Assembly (NCBI GenBank): GCA_944350345.1
Contig: CALVOP010000003.1
Span: forward strand, 22,483 to 86,482
DNA length: 64,000 bases
Source: an uncultured Bacilli bacterium
GTDB taxonomy: Bacteria; Bacillota_I; Bacilli_A; RF39; UBA660
Reading direction: 5' to 3'
The first letter of the stretch is position 1, and each line of letters starts with the position of its first letter. The translations under genes and the position numbers were made by a program. This document shows positions 9,710 through 20,080 of this stretch, in pieces. Below the pieces are notes generated by a model. The model ran no database searches and was not told the DNA's origin. It was given only the letters and a program-made list of their open reading frames with translations.

Positions 9710-10561
9710 ATGGGTTTAATCGGAAAACTTAAAAACATATTTTATGATGAAGAAATTGTTGAAGTAAAAGAAGAACCAACAGTTAGAGAAGAAAAAAAAG
9801 AAGAAATTAGGAAGCCAAGAATAGAAGAGATACAGGTTCAAAAAGAAGAAAAAATAGAAAACACATATAGTGAAAGAGAATTATTTAAAAGTGAACCAAC
9901 ATTCAAATTTCCAGTTATTGATGAGGATGATGATGAGCCAATTCAAACGAGAAGCAGAGTTAACACGATAGATTTAGATAGACGAGAACCAACAAAAAGA
10001 TCTGAAATAGTAACTGAAAGAATTAACGAAATTCACAAACCAAGCATAAATACTACTATTAACAAGGAGAGGAATACTGAAAAAACTTTTACTCCATCGC
10101 CTGTCATTTCGCCAGTATATGGAATCCTTGATAAAAATTATACTAAAGAAGAAATAAAAGAAAAAATAGAAACATCAAAAAGACCAAGTGAATCGGAATT
10201 TAATTATGACTATGTAAGAAGAAAAGCTTATGGAACGCTTGAAGATGAATTAGAAAATACTTTAACAAAACTAAATAATGAGGTAGACAAAAAAGTTAAA
10301 GAAGAGCCAAAAGACGATAATAGTAAAAGCATAGAAGAATTATTAACTGAAATAGAAGAAAATGCTAACATATCAGTTGGCGATTTAGAAGAAAAAATTA
10401 AAGACGAATATGAATTAGAAGAAGAACAAACACCAGTATTAGAAGAAAAAGAAGAAATCAAAATAGAAAACGACTTATCATTAGATACAGATGACAAAAC
10501 ACTTGAACATGATTTATTTAACTTAATAGATTCAATGTATGAAGATAAGGAAGGAGAATAA
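9710..10561 (+). CDS. Acidic protein resembling the N-terminal region of SftA without a motor domain
   Basis: Amphipathic N-terminus, FKFPVI and FTPSPVISPVYG motifs; lies before ytxG/ytxH-like genes. Confidence 0.5.
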   Translation: MGLIGKLKNIFYDEEIVEVKEEPTVREEKKEEIRKPRIEEIQVQKEEKIENTYSERELFKSEPTFKFPVIDEDDDEPIQTRSRVNTIDLDRREPTKRSEIVTERINEIHKPSINTTINKERNTEKTFTPSPVISPVYGILDKNYTKEEIKEKIETSKRPSESEFNYDYVRRKAYGTLEDELENTLTKLNNEVDKKVKEEPKDDNSKSIEELLTEIEENANISVGDLEEKIKDEYELEEEQTPVLEEKEEIKIENDLSLDTDDKTLEHDLFNLIDSMYEDKEGE

Positions 10562-10563
10562 AA

Positions 10564-10851
10564 ATGGAGGCGCTACAATTAACACTACCTATTGTTATTT
10601 ACTTTTTGCTAATAATTTTACTCATAATAGGAATAGTATTAGGAATAAAATTAATAACAACTATGAATAAAGTGGATAAAATTTTAGATGATGTAAATGA
10701 AAAATTAGAATCAGTTGGTGAGGTATTTAACGTCATAGACTTTGTAACTGGTAAAATGTCAGCGATAAGTGAAACAATAATTGGAGCATTAACTACTGCA
10801 GTAGTTAAAATATTCAAGAAATTTAATAAGGAGAGTGGAATTGATGAGTAA
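10564..10851 (+). CDS. DUF948/YtxG-like membrane protein
   Basis: TM plus coiled coil, overlapping a YtxH-like gene. Confidence 0.6.
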   Translation: MEALQLTLPIVIYFLLIILLIIGIVLGIKLITTMNKVDKILDDVNEKLESVGEVFNVIDFVTGKMSAISETIIGALTTAVVKIFKKFNKESGIDE

Positions 10852-11290
10852 AGGAAAAGGATTTGGGAAATTTATTTGTGGAGCAGCGTTAGGCGCAGGT
10901 TTGGCATTGTTATTTGCACCTAATAAGGGAAGTGTAACAAGAGCAAAACTAAAGGCAAAATTAGATGAAGTACTAGATTATGTGAAAAACATTGACAAAG
11001 AAGAAGTAAAAGAAGAAATAACAAATAGAGTATATGAATTAAAAAAAGAGTTAGCAACACTAGATAAAGAAAAAGTATTGGATATCGCAAAAGATCAAGC
11101 ACAAAAAATCCAAAAGAAAGCAGAAGAATTATATCAATATGCAATAAAAAAAGGGACACCAGTTTTACAAGATGTTACTAACGAAGTAAGATTGCGTGCT
11201 TTACAAGTAGCCAAAGATATAGTTGTTAAATTAGAAAGTGCTGATACTAAGCCTAAAAAAACTACAACAAAAAAGAAAACAACAAAATAA
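10844..11290 (+). CDS. YtxH domain protein
   Basis: GAALGAGLALLFAPNKGSVTR motif. Confidence 0.85.
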   Translation: MSKGKGFGKFICGAALGAGLALLFAPNKGSVTRAKLKAKLDEVLDYVKNIDKEEVKEEITNRVYELKKELATLDKEKVLDIAKDQAQKIQKKAEELYQYAIKKGTPVLQDVTNEVRLRALQVAKDIVVKLESADTKPKKTTTKKKTTK

Positions 11291-11296
11291 TCTATG

Positions 11297-11490
11297 AAAA
11301 AAACGAATAGCAATATAAACTGATTTCAGAAAGTTAGTGGGAGATGAAAACTAATACGGTTATATTGTAAATGTACATTTTTGGAGATTAATTAGGTCAC
11401 GCTTTATAGTGAATGAGAAAAAAATAAGGTGGTACCACGGAAAAATTCGTCCTTTAGTGCTATCTTTTTTATTATTTAAAGGAGGATAAA
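11297..11490 (+). promoter_or_regulatory. T-box riboswitch (Tyr) upstream of tyrS
   Basis: AGA-box/stem I region, TAC specifier near 11374, T-box AAGGTGGTACCACGG at ~11426-11440 with CGTCCTT antiterminator partner. Confidence 0.85.
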
Positions 11491-12684
11491 ATGAAATTAT
11501 ATGAAGATTTAAAATGGAGAGGACTAATAAATGATATAACAAGTCCAGAACTAATTGATAAATTAAATGAAGGTGGAATGATTTTTTATGTAGGAGTAGA
11601 CCCAACAGGAGATAGTTTACATATTGGACACTTCTTAACAGTAATAGCAACTGTAAAAAGATTAAAAGATGCAGGGCATACCCCCATTATTATCGCGGGT
11701 GGAGGAACAGGATTAATTGGAGATCCAAAGCCTAATATAGAAAGACCAATGATAACAAAAGAAGCAGTAAAACATAACATAGAATGTATAAAAAAACAAG
11801 TTAGCAACTTTCTACATGATGACATTATAATAGTTAACAATGCAGACTGGTTATTAGAAATAAATGCAATTGATTTTTTAAGAGATTATGGGAAACATTT
11901 CAACATTAATTATATGATAAATAAAGATACAGTAAAAAGAAGATTAGATATAGGAATTACATATACAGAATTTTCTTATATGATATTACAAAGCATAGAT
12001 TTCTTAAAACTATACGAAAAATACAATTGCACATTACAGATTGGTGGACAAGATCAATGGGGAAATATAACATCAGGATTAGAATTAATAAGAAAAGTAC
12101 ATGGAGATAAAGTAAAATGTTATGGATTAACAGTGCCGTTAGTAACTAAAAGTGACGGAAGCAAATTTGGAAAAACTGAAAAAGGTGAAAGTTTATGGTT
12201 AGATAAAGAAAAAACAAGTCCGTACAAAATGTACCAATACTTTATAAATAGTGAAGATGTTATGGTAATTGATTACTTAAAAAAATTAACATTTTTACCA
12301 AAAGAAGAAATAGAAAAGTTAGAACAAAGTTTAAAAGATGAACCAGAGAAAAGATTAGCTCAAAAAGCATTGGCATACAATATTGTGAAATTTTTACATG
12401 GAGAAAAAGAGGCAGAAAATGCTAAAAAAACAAGTGAAGAAATTTTTAGTGGAACATATAATAATATGCCTACAATGAAAATTGGTAAAGAAAAAATAAA
12501 TATACTTGAACTATTAGTAGAAATAAATATAGCAACATCCAAAAGTGAAGCAAAACGACTAGTTGTACAAGGAGGAATCAAAATCAACGATAAAAAAATA
12601 TTTGATGAAAAATACGATATTGCTCTTGACAAAGAAATAGTGTTACAAAAAGGTAAGAAAACATTTGTAAAAATTGAAAAATAA
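11491..12684 (+). CDS. tyrS: Tyrosine--tRNA ligase
   Basis: GVDPTGDSLHIGH, QIGGQDQWGNI, KFGKT, C-terminal S4 domain. Confidence 0.97.
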   Translation: MKLYEDLKWRGLINDITSPELIDKLNEGGMIFYVGVDPTGDSLHIGHFLTVIATVKRLKDAGHTPIIIAGGGTGLIGDPKPNIERPMITKEAVKHNIECIKKQVSNFLHDDIIIVNNADWLLEINAIDFLRDYGKHFNINYMINKDTVKRRLDIGITYTEFSYMILQSIDFLKLYEKYNCTLQIGGQDQWGNITSGLELIRKVHGDKVKCYGLTVPLVTKSDGSKFGKTEKGESLWLDKEKTSPYKMYQYFINSEDVMVIDYLKKLTFLPKEEIEKLEQSLKDEPEKRLAQKALAYNIVKFLHGEKEAENAKKTSEEIFSGTYNNMPTMKIGKEKINILELLVEINIATSKSEAKRLVVQGGIKINDKKIFDEKYDIALDKEIVLQKGKKTFVKIEK

Positions 12685-12809
12685 TAATTAAGCTTTTTAA
12701 TAAATTTATAGAGAATATAAAAGCTTGAATATATATAAGATTCAAGTTTTTAATTTAATAATACAAAATTTGAATAATTCATAAATATTTGCTATAATTA
12801 CAAATACAT

Positions 12810-13162
12810 GGGGCTGTTTTGTTTCGACAGAGTGATGATTTTGTTAATAGCAAGTAGTAGGGATACTATAAATCCAAAAACGTTAAATAAACGGAAAACA
12901 AAATAATTTTGCACCTGCTTTTGCCTAATTAAGGTACGCGGTGGCTCTTTCTTAACTTTGTTTGCGAGTTAAGGTAAAGGGTTCATAAAAGCAAACTATA
13001 TCATTTATATGTCTATATTAAATGATGAAATTTATAGACTTAGAAAAACATTGGAAGTTGGCAATCCATAAATGTTTTTTAAAAATACTAAACCAACTAA
13101 ACTTGTAGAATATTAATGAAATTGCGCTTTGGACACGAGCTCGATACTCGTCAGCTCCACCA
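12810..13162 (+). ncRNA. ssrA: tmRNA; tag (A)GKQNNFAPAFA* encoded at 12893-12928
   Basis: 5' GGGGCTG...TTCGAC, 3' ...CAGCTCCACCA Ala acceptor stem; tag ORF after ATAAAC; TATAAT promoter upstream and terminator downstream. Confidence 0.93.
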
Positions 13163-13300
13163 ATTTGTTATTTAGTCCATAAAGGACTTTTTTTATGCAA
13201 AAACAAGTAAAATATTTTACATTTTTTATATATTTAGAGAATACTTTACTTTAAAAAAAATAAAATAGGTTGTATACTCTATAGTGAAAGTAGGTAGCGT

Positions 13301-14362
13301 ATGAAAGCAAAAAAAATAATAATATCAATAATTGTAATAATATTAATAATACTAGGTTTATGTTTTATAAATTCTAAATTTAACATATTAGATAACATAT
13401 TTGGTTTAGGAACAAGTGAATATGAAGAAAAAGAAGAACCAAAATTACAAATAGTAGATGAAGAAAGTGATTCAAGAATAATCGCGGTTATGATAAATAA
13501 TAACCATGCAGCATGGCCACATGCAGGACTGCAAGATGCATTTTTAAATTATGAAATAATTGTTGAAGGTGGAATAACAAGAATACTATCTTTATATAAA
13601 GATGCAGCCACAGAAAAAATAGGTTCCGTTAGAAGTGCAAGGCATTATTTTCTAGATTATGCAATGGAAAATGATGCAATATATGTACATCATGGAAGAA
13701 GCCCACAAGCATTAGAAGACATTGAAAGTTATAATATAGATAATATAGAGGGATTATATGATGAAGATGGATTTTGGAGAGACAAAACATTAAATAAGGC
13801 ATATGAACACACATCATTTACTAATATTGAAAGAATAAATACAGTAATAAAAGAAAAAGGATATAGAACAACAACTGAAACAGATTTACTGTTAAATTAT
13901 AGCGCTAAAGAAGTAGATTTGAGTAAGAAAGAAAATAGTGTCAAAGCTGATAAAGTTAGTATAGAGTATTCAAGTTATCAAACTACATACTATGAATATG
14001 ATTCGAAAAACAAACTATATTTAAGAAGTATGGACGACGAAAAACATGTTGATGCAATAACAGGAGAACAATATACAACAAAAAACATAATTACTTATCA
14101 AGTAAAAAATAGAACAATAGATAGTACTGGAAGACAAGATTTAGATAATGTTGGTAGTGGAGAAGGATATTATATATCAAATGGATATGCAGTTCCAATA
14201 ACGTGGGAAAAAGGTAGTAGAAGTAGCCAAACAATTTACAAATATATGGATGGCACAGAAATAGAAGTAAATGATGGAGTAACCTGGATCCAAATACAGC
14301 CAGTTGGTAAAGAATTAGGAATAGAAGCACTTGAAGAAGAATATAATGATACAGAAGAATAA
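13301..14362 (+). CDS. DUF3048/YerB-like protein
   Basis: AVMINN, EGGITR, GSVRSAR motifs. Confidence 0.85.
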   Translation: MKAKKIIISIIVIILIILGLCFINSKFNILDNIFGLGTSEYEEKEEPKLQIVDEESDSRIIAVMINNNHAAWPHAGLQDAFLNYEIIVEGGITRILSLYKDAATEKIGSVRSARHYFLDYAMENDAIYVHHGRSPQALEDIESYNIDNIEGLYDEDGFWRDKTLNKAYEHTSFTNIERINTVIKEKGYRTTTETDLLLNYSAKEVDLSKKENSVKADKVSIEYSSYQTTYYEYDSKNKLYLRSMDDEKHVDAITGEQYTTKNIITYQVKNRTIDSTGRQDLDNVGSGEGYYISNGYAVPITWEKGSRSSQTIYKYMDGTEIEVNDGVTWIQIQPVGKELGIEALEEEYNDTEE

Positions 14363-14423
14363 ATGAGTTGATTAATTAACGATAATTTGCTAAAATAAAA
14401 ATATAATAAGGAGGCTAGTAAAG

Positions 14424-14924
14424 ATGTTAGATTTTTTATCAGAAAATTATATATGGTTTTTTGTAGCCGCAGTTGTGCTACTATTTGCTTTAATAGGTTT
14501 TATAGTTGAAGGAAAGAAAAAGAAAAGTAAAGAATTTAAGGGAGAAAGTGTTAACGATAACGTTGAAAACTTAAACAGTGCTTCAGGACTTGAAGTAAAT
14601 GATATTCCAGTGGCTGAAACAATAAATAATATTTCTAGTGAACCAACAGCACCAGTTGAAAACATAACTGAACCTCAAGCTATTGAAGAATCTAATCAGA
14701 TGGAGACTTTACAAAATGTAGATGTAACCGCACAAACAAATTTTTCAGCAAATGAACCTCAAAGTGTAACAATAGGTGAACCAATAGAAATGCAAAGTGA
14801 ACCGGTAATACCAACTGCGCCCGAATCATTCTATGATGAACCATTAATGCCAGATAACAGCAAAGAAAAACCTACGGATATTGAAATAAATCCAAATGAA
14901 AATAATAATACTGAACGTCAATAA
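14424..14924 (+). CDS. Membrane-anchored low-complexity hypothetical protein
   Basis: N-terminal TM followed by E/P/N-rich tail; RBS. Confidence 0.7.
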   Translation: MLDFLSENYIWFFVAAVVLLFALIGFIVEGKKKKSKEFKGESVNDNVENLNSASGLEVNDIPVAETINNISSEPTAPVENITEPQAIEESNQMETLQNVDVTAQTNFSANEPQSVTIGEPIEMQSEPVIPTAPESFYDEPLMPDNSKEKPTDIEINPNENNNTERQ

Positions 14925-15008
14925 AAATGTTAAACAAATAAAAAGATATAGATAATATATCTTTTTTATTATATAATTAATTATAGTGAAAAGGGAGTTG
15001 AATTAAAA

Positions 15009-15860
15009 ATGTCATTATCAACTTTATATAATTTATTTACAGAAGTAGTAGATATTGCTATAGTATGGTTTATGTTTTATTACATTTTAAAATTAATAAA
15101 GAACAACGTAAAATTAGTACTAATATTTAAAGGGGTTATAATTATAGTTTTACTAAAACTTGTATCGGATTGGATGCATTTAAACACTGTAGGAATATTA
15201 CTTGAATATGTGATTGCTTGGGGACCGCTAGCCCTTATAATAATATTTCAGCCAGAAATAAGAACAGTTTTAGAAAATCTAGGACGCAGCCAATTATTAG
15301 GAAGACATAAAGTATTAACAGTAGATGAAAGAGAAAGAGTTGTATATGAAATAATGCAAGCCGTTGAATATTTTAAGAAAAATAGAATAGGAGCATTGAT
15401 GATTATTGAACGTGATTATAGTTTACAGCAATACATAGAACCAGCACAAAAGTTATATGCTGATATAAGTAACGAATTATTGATATCAATATTTTTTCCA
15501 AATAACCCTTTACATGATGGCGCTGTAATTATTCAAGGAGATAGAATAACTTGTGCAGGAAGTGTATTACCTACAAGTATGAATCCAAATATATCAAAAA
15601 GACTAGGTACGAGACACCGCGCAGCATTAGGAATTTCGGAAATTACAGATGCTATTGCAATAATTGTCAGTGAAGAGACAGGTAGAATAAGCATCGGATT
15701 AAATGGCGAATTAAATTACAATCTTACAGTTGATGATGCGAGAATGATGTTAATAAACGAATTACAACCTAAGAAAGAGACATTCTATGATGCAGAAGCT
15801 AATTTAGAAGAAGAAATTGAAAGCGAAGGTGAGACAAATGAAGAAGCAGAAGAAAAATAA
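15009..15860 (+). CDS. cdaA: Diadenylate cyclase
   Basis: Three TMs, IFQPEIR, LHDGA, GTRHRAA, VSEETG. Confidence 0.95.
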   Translation: MSLSTLYNLFTEVVDIAIVWFMFYYILKLIKNNVKLVLIFKGVIIIVLLKLVSDWMHLNTVGILLEYVIAWGPLALIIIFQPEIRTVLENLGRSQLLGRHKVLTVDERERVVYEIMQAVEYFKKNRIGALMIIERDYSLQQYIEPAQKLYADISNELLISIFFPNNPLHDGAVIIQGDRITCAGSVLPTSMNPNISKRLGTRHRAALGISEITDAIAIIVSEETGRISIGLNGELNYNLTVDDARMMLINELQPKKETFYDAEANLEEEIESEGETNEEAEEK

Positions 15861-17202
15861 AACAAACATATTTGTAAGAGCTTTCAAAGCAATAATTGAA
15901 TTTTTTGACAAATTTATAATAACACCACTTAGTAAATTAGCTTATATAATAACTGACAAACTAAATATAAAAAGTGGCACATTTGAAAAATTTTTAAATA
16001 AGCCTAACACCTTATTATATTTATCTCTTATATTAGCATTTTGTACATTTTTATTAATTGATAACAGGGTCATAAATTTAATTTCATCAGAGTCAATAGT
16101 ACTTGAAAATCAACCAGTAGAAGTAGAATATAATGATGAAGCATATGTAGTCGAAGGATTGCCAGAAGATGTAGATATAGTTTTAATGGGCAGAAAAATG
16201 GATTTGTATTTAGCCGAACAATTAGGAGATCATAAACTATCTTTAGATTTAAGTGACTATGGAGTAGGTACACATAAAGTCAACATAAAATATAACAATC
16301 CAGTAAACAATCTAGACTACATAATAAGTCCTTCGGAAGTAACAGTAGTTATATATCCAAAAGTAAGTGAAGTAAGAACACTTTCAATAGATGTATTAAA
16401 TACAGACAAATTAGATCAAACATTGGTAGTAAGCAACGTTTTACTTGATAGAGACGAAGTAATAATAAAATCACACGAAACAAAACTTGCAAAAGTGGCA
16501 AGTGTAAAAGCATTAATAGATGTAAATTCTTTAAATGCTACACAAGCAGGGACATATACACTTGAAAACGTCAAACTTGTTGCATATGACGAGAAAGGCA
16601 CTGAACTTTCTGATATCGAAATAATACCAGAAACAGTAACGGCAACAGTAACGATAACAAGTCCAAGTAAAGTTGTACCAATACAAATTGTACCAATAGG
16701 AGATGTTGCACCAGGTAGTGCAATAGAATCAATTGAAAGTAGTGTAAGGCAAGTAACTGTTTACGCAGATGAAGAAATTCTCGCAGCATTAAATTACATA
16801 GAAGTAGAAATAGATGTTAGTGGATTAAATGAAGATAAAACATATCAAAAAGTTATAAATAAACCAAACGGAGCAAGAAGTATAAGTGAAACATCAATTA
16901 CAATTAATGTAAAAATGGAGACAGAAACATCAAAAGAGTTTGAAAATATCCCTATAGTATTTGAAAACTTAGGCAATGGACTAAAAGTTAATGCACAAAG
17001 AGAAGAAGACACAAAAGTAACTGTATCAGTAGGTGGAGTTCAAAGTTTACTAGATAAATTAGAAGAAAGCGACATAAAAGCATACGTTGATCTAGAAGGC
17101 TTAGGAGTAGGAACGCATACCGTACCTGTATACGTAACTGGAGAAGACTTAAAATTAACATACACAAGCAAGACACAAAATATAAAAATAATAATTGAAT
17201 AA
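15838..17202 (+). CDS. cdaR: YbbR-domain cyclase regulator
   Basis: YbbR repeats (AYVDLEGLGVGTHTVPV); follows cdaA. Confidence 0.85.
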   Translation: MKKQKKNKTNIFVRAFKAIIEFFDKFIITPLSKLAYIITDKLNIKSGTFEKFLNKPNTLLYLSLILAFCTFLLIDNRVINLISSESIVLENQPVEVEYNDEAYVVEGLPEDVDIVLMGRKMDLYLAEQLGDHKLSLDLSDYGVGTHKVNIKYNNPVNNLDYIISPSEVTVVIYPKVSEVRTLSIDVLNTDKLDQTLVVSNVLLDRDEVIIKSHETKLAKVASVKALIDVNSLNATQAGTYTLENVKLVAYDEKGTELSDIEIIPETVTATVTITSPSKVVPIQIVPIGDVAPGSAIESIESSVRQVTVYADEEILAALNYIEVEIDVSGLNEDKTYQKVINKPNGARSISETSITINVKMETETSKEFENIPIVFENLGNGLKVNAQREEDTKVTVSVGGVQSLLDKLEESDIKAYVDLEGLGVGTHTVPVYVTGEDLKLTYTSKTQNIKIIIE

Positions 17203-17234
17203 AAATAAAACTGTAAGATTTAATTCTTACAGTT

Positions 17235-17438
17235 TTACTTTTCAGGATGAAATGGTTTAACAAGAAGTCCTATATTTATAATACCAGCTAAACCTACTAA
17301 AGCGTAAACTAAATTAGTAAACATGCTGTCTGCGCCAAACAGCGAAGATACTAAGTTGAAATCAAATAAACCTACAAGACCCCAGTTTAATGCACCTATA
17401 ATAGTAAAAGCTAGACATATCTTTTGTAATATATCCAT
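17235..17438 (-). CDS. DUF378 (YuzA-like) membrane protein
   Basis: IIGALNWGLVGLFDFNLV...YALVGLAG. Confidence 0.9.
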   Translation of the reverse strand: MDILQKICLAFTIIGALNWGLVGLFDFNLVSSLFGADSMFTNLVYALVGLAGIINIGLLVKPFHPEK

Positions 17439-17534
17439 ATTATTCCTCCTCAATTATATTTTAAACAAATTTTCATCTTTTATTCATAAAGTGTTTTAGA
17501 AGAAATATAATTTACTAATGATGGGGGAGGAAAA

Positions 17535-18533
17535 GTGAAAAAATTATTATTTATATTACTGTGTAGCATTTTAGTTGTTGGATGTGGAAAGGTTGATTCA
17601 GAAAAGGTGTTAAAAGAATTTGAAACAAAAGTGACAAATAGTGACAATTATACATTAACTGGAACTATGGAAATAATTAACAATGAGGACGTATATAATT
17701 ATGAAGTAAATGTATCTTATTTAAAAGGAGACTATTATAAAGTTAATTTAATTAATACCAATAATGAACATGAACAAGTAATCTTAAAAAATGATGAGGG
17801 TGTATATGTAATAACACCTTCCTTAAATAAAAGTTTCAAATTCCAAAGTGATTGGCCAAACAACTCTAGTCAAACATACATCTTAGATTCATTATTATCA
17901 GATTTAAAAAGCGATGCAAATAGAGAATTACTAGAAGAGGGAGATAAATTAATATTAAAAAGCAGTGTAAATTATCCAAACAATAGTAATCTTGTAAGTC
18001 AGTCAGTAACATTTAATAAAGATATGGATTTAGAAAAAGTAGAAGTATTTAATGACGCAGGAGTAGCCCAAATTACTTTAGTTGTAACCGAACTAAACTT
18101 AAAAGCAAACAACACAAAAGAAATATTTAATCTAAGTAACATAATTCAAGAATCTGATGTAGATACAGAAACTGAAACAACAGGAACAATAGAAAATATA
18201 ATTTACCCAATGTATGTACCGACAGGCACGACATATAGTAGTGAAGAAAAAATAACAAACGAATCAAGCGAAAGAGTAATACTTACTTATACAGGAGAAA
18301 AACCGTTTATAATAATAGAGGAAACTGCACAAGTGCCTGAAGAAACAGAAGTAACAGCAGTGAATGGAGATTTGGTAACATATGGGAACATTGTAGGAGT
18401 ATTGACAGATACTTCATTAAATTGGACAACAAACGGAATGGAATACTACATAGTAAGTTCAAATATGAGTGCAGAAGAATTACTACAAATTGCTGCATCT
18501 ACCGCTACAGTAGCTGTATCATCTATAAAATAA
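17535..18533 (+). CDS. ydcC: Sporulation lipoprotein YdcC (LolA-like)
   Basis: Lipobox; QVILKNDEGVYVITPSLNKSFKFQSDWPNNSSQ. Confidence 0.85.
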   Translation: MKKLLFILLCSILVVGCGKVDSEKVLKEFETKVTNSDNYTLTGTMEIINNEDVYNYEVNVSYLKGDYYKVNLINTNNEHEQVILKNDEGVYVITPSLNKSFKFQSDWPNNSSQTYILDSLLSDLKSDANRELLEEGDKLILKSSVNYPNNSNLVSQSVTFNKDMDLEKVEVFNDAGVAQITLVVTELNLKANNTKEIFNLSNIIQESDVDTETETTGTIENIIYPMYVPTGTTYSSEEKITNESSERVILTYTGEKPFIIIEETAQVPEETEVTAVNGDLVTYGNIVGVLTDTSLNWTTNGMEYYIVSSNMSAEELLQIAASTATVAVSSIK

Positions 18534-18676
18534 CGTCTTTAAAAAGACGTTTTTTAATTTAAGAAAGCAAAATCTGTAAAAAATATGTGAAATCACTTGA
18601 TTTTTAGGCATATACTTAGTAAAATGATAAATGTAAGCATAAAATATGCTTAAAAAATATAATGGAGGTATTAGGA

Positions 18677-18949
18677 ATGACAAAAAATGCATTAGTTGAA
18701 TTCATAGCTGCAAAAGCTGGTTTAACAAAAGCAGATGCCGCAAGAGCATTAGAAGCTACATTAGAAGGGATTGAAACTGGATTAAAAAAAGAAAAAAAAG
18801 TATCACTAGTAGGTTTTGGTACATTCTCTGCTAAAAAAAGAGCTGCTAGAGAAGGTATTAATCCTTTAACTAAAAAACCATTAAAAATTCCTGCAAAAAC
18901 AGTTGCTTCATTTAAAGCTGGTAGCAAACTAAAAGATGCTTTAAATTAA
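18677..18949 (+). CDS. hup: HU DNA-binding protein
   Basis: GFGTF...RAAREGINPLT...IPA...FKAG. Confidence 0.95.
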   Translation: MTKNALVEFIAAKAGLTKADAARALEATLEGIETGLKKEKKVSLVGFGTFSAKKRAAREGINPLTKKPLKIPAKTVASFKAGSKLKDALN

Positions 18950-19000
18950 AAAAGCCATTTGGCTTTTTTTTTAAATTAAAATGTAATATAATATTTATAT

Positions 19001-20080
19001 ATGAAAGAAAAATATTTTAATATATTAAAAGTTCTTAATAATAATGGATATGAGGCCTATATAGTAGGCGGTTTTGTTCGTGACAAACTTTTAGGCATAA
19101 ATACAAGTGATATAGATATATGTACATCAGCAACACCAAAAGAAGTATTGGATATTTTTAAAAACAATGTAAAAGTAATAGAAGAATATGGAACAGTAAA
19201 ACTAACATTAGAGGACAACACAATAGACATTACAACGTTTAGGACGGAAGAAAATTACAAAAATAATAAACCTACAAAAATAAATTATACAAAAAGTCTA
19301 AAAGTAGATCTGTTAAGAAGAGATTTTACAATAAATACAATATGCTTAGATAAAGAATCAAATATAATTGATTTACTAAACGCCAAAAAAGATTTAGAGA
19401 ATAGGATATTAAAAGTAGTAGGTAATACTGAGCAAAAACTTAAGGATGACGCCACAAGAATGCTTAGAAGTTTAAGATTTATGACAGTTTATAATTTTAC
19501 ACTAGATAAACCATTATATGATTATATTTTAAATAATAAAGAAAAATTAAAAACAATAAGCTATTCGAAAAGAAAAGAAGAACTAGAAAAACTATTCAAG
19601 CACGAACAAATAAAACCATTTTTTGACTTTATAAAAGAACATAACATTGAGAAATACTTGGGCATAAAGTCAAATAATTTTGTAGAAACAGGAACAATAG
19701 TAGGCGTTTGGGCTCAACTAGAAGTTGATGAAGAATACCAATTTACAAAAAACGAACGTGAAGAAATAGAAAAAGTAAAAGAAATAATACATAACAAAAA
19801 CATTTCCAAAGAAACAATATATCATTATGGCTTATACCTATCAATAATTGCTGGAGACATATTAGGAATAGACAAAGCAATAATTAATGAGATTTATAAC
19901 AATTTACCAATAAAAAGTACAAAAGATATAAATATATCTTATTTAGACATACAAGAAATAACAAATGCAACTCCCAAAACAATAAATAATATACTTAAAA
20001 ATCTTGAAACTGAAATTTTAAATGGTAAAATAGAAAATAACCATGAAAAATTAATAGAAAAAGTCAAGGAGTATTTATGA
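19001..20080 (+). CDS. cca: CCA tRNA nucleotidyltransferase
   Basis: VGGFVRD, DIDI, DLLRRDFTIN motifs. Confidence 0.9.
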   Translation: MKEKYFNILKVLNNNGYEAYIVGGFVRDKLLGINTSDIDICTSATPKEVLDIFKNNVKVIEEYGTVKLTLEDNTIDITTFRTEENYKNNKPTKINYTKSLKVDLLRRDFTINTICLDKESNIIDLLNAKKDLENRILKVVGNTEQKLKDDATRMLRSLRFMTVYNFTLDKPLYDYILNNKEKLKTISYSKRKEELEKLFKHEQIKPFFDFIKEHNIEKYLGIKSNNFVETGTIVGVWAQLEVDEEYQFTKNEREEIEKVKEIIHNKNISKETIYHYGLYLSIIAGDILGIDKAIINEIYNNLPIKSTKDINISYLDIQEITNATPKTINNILKNLETEILNGKIENNHEKLIEKVKEYL

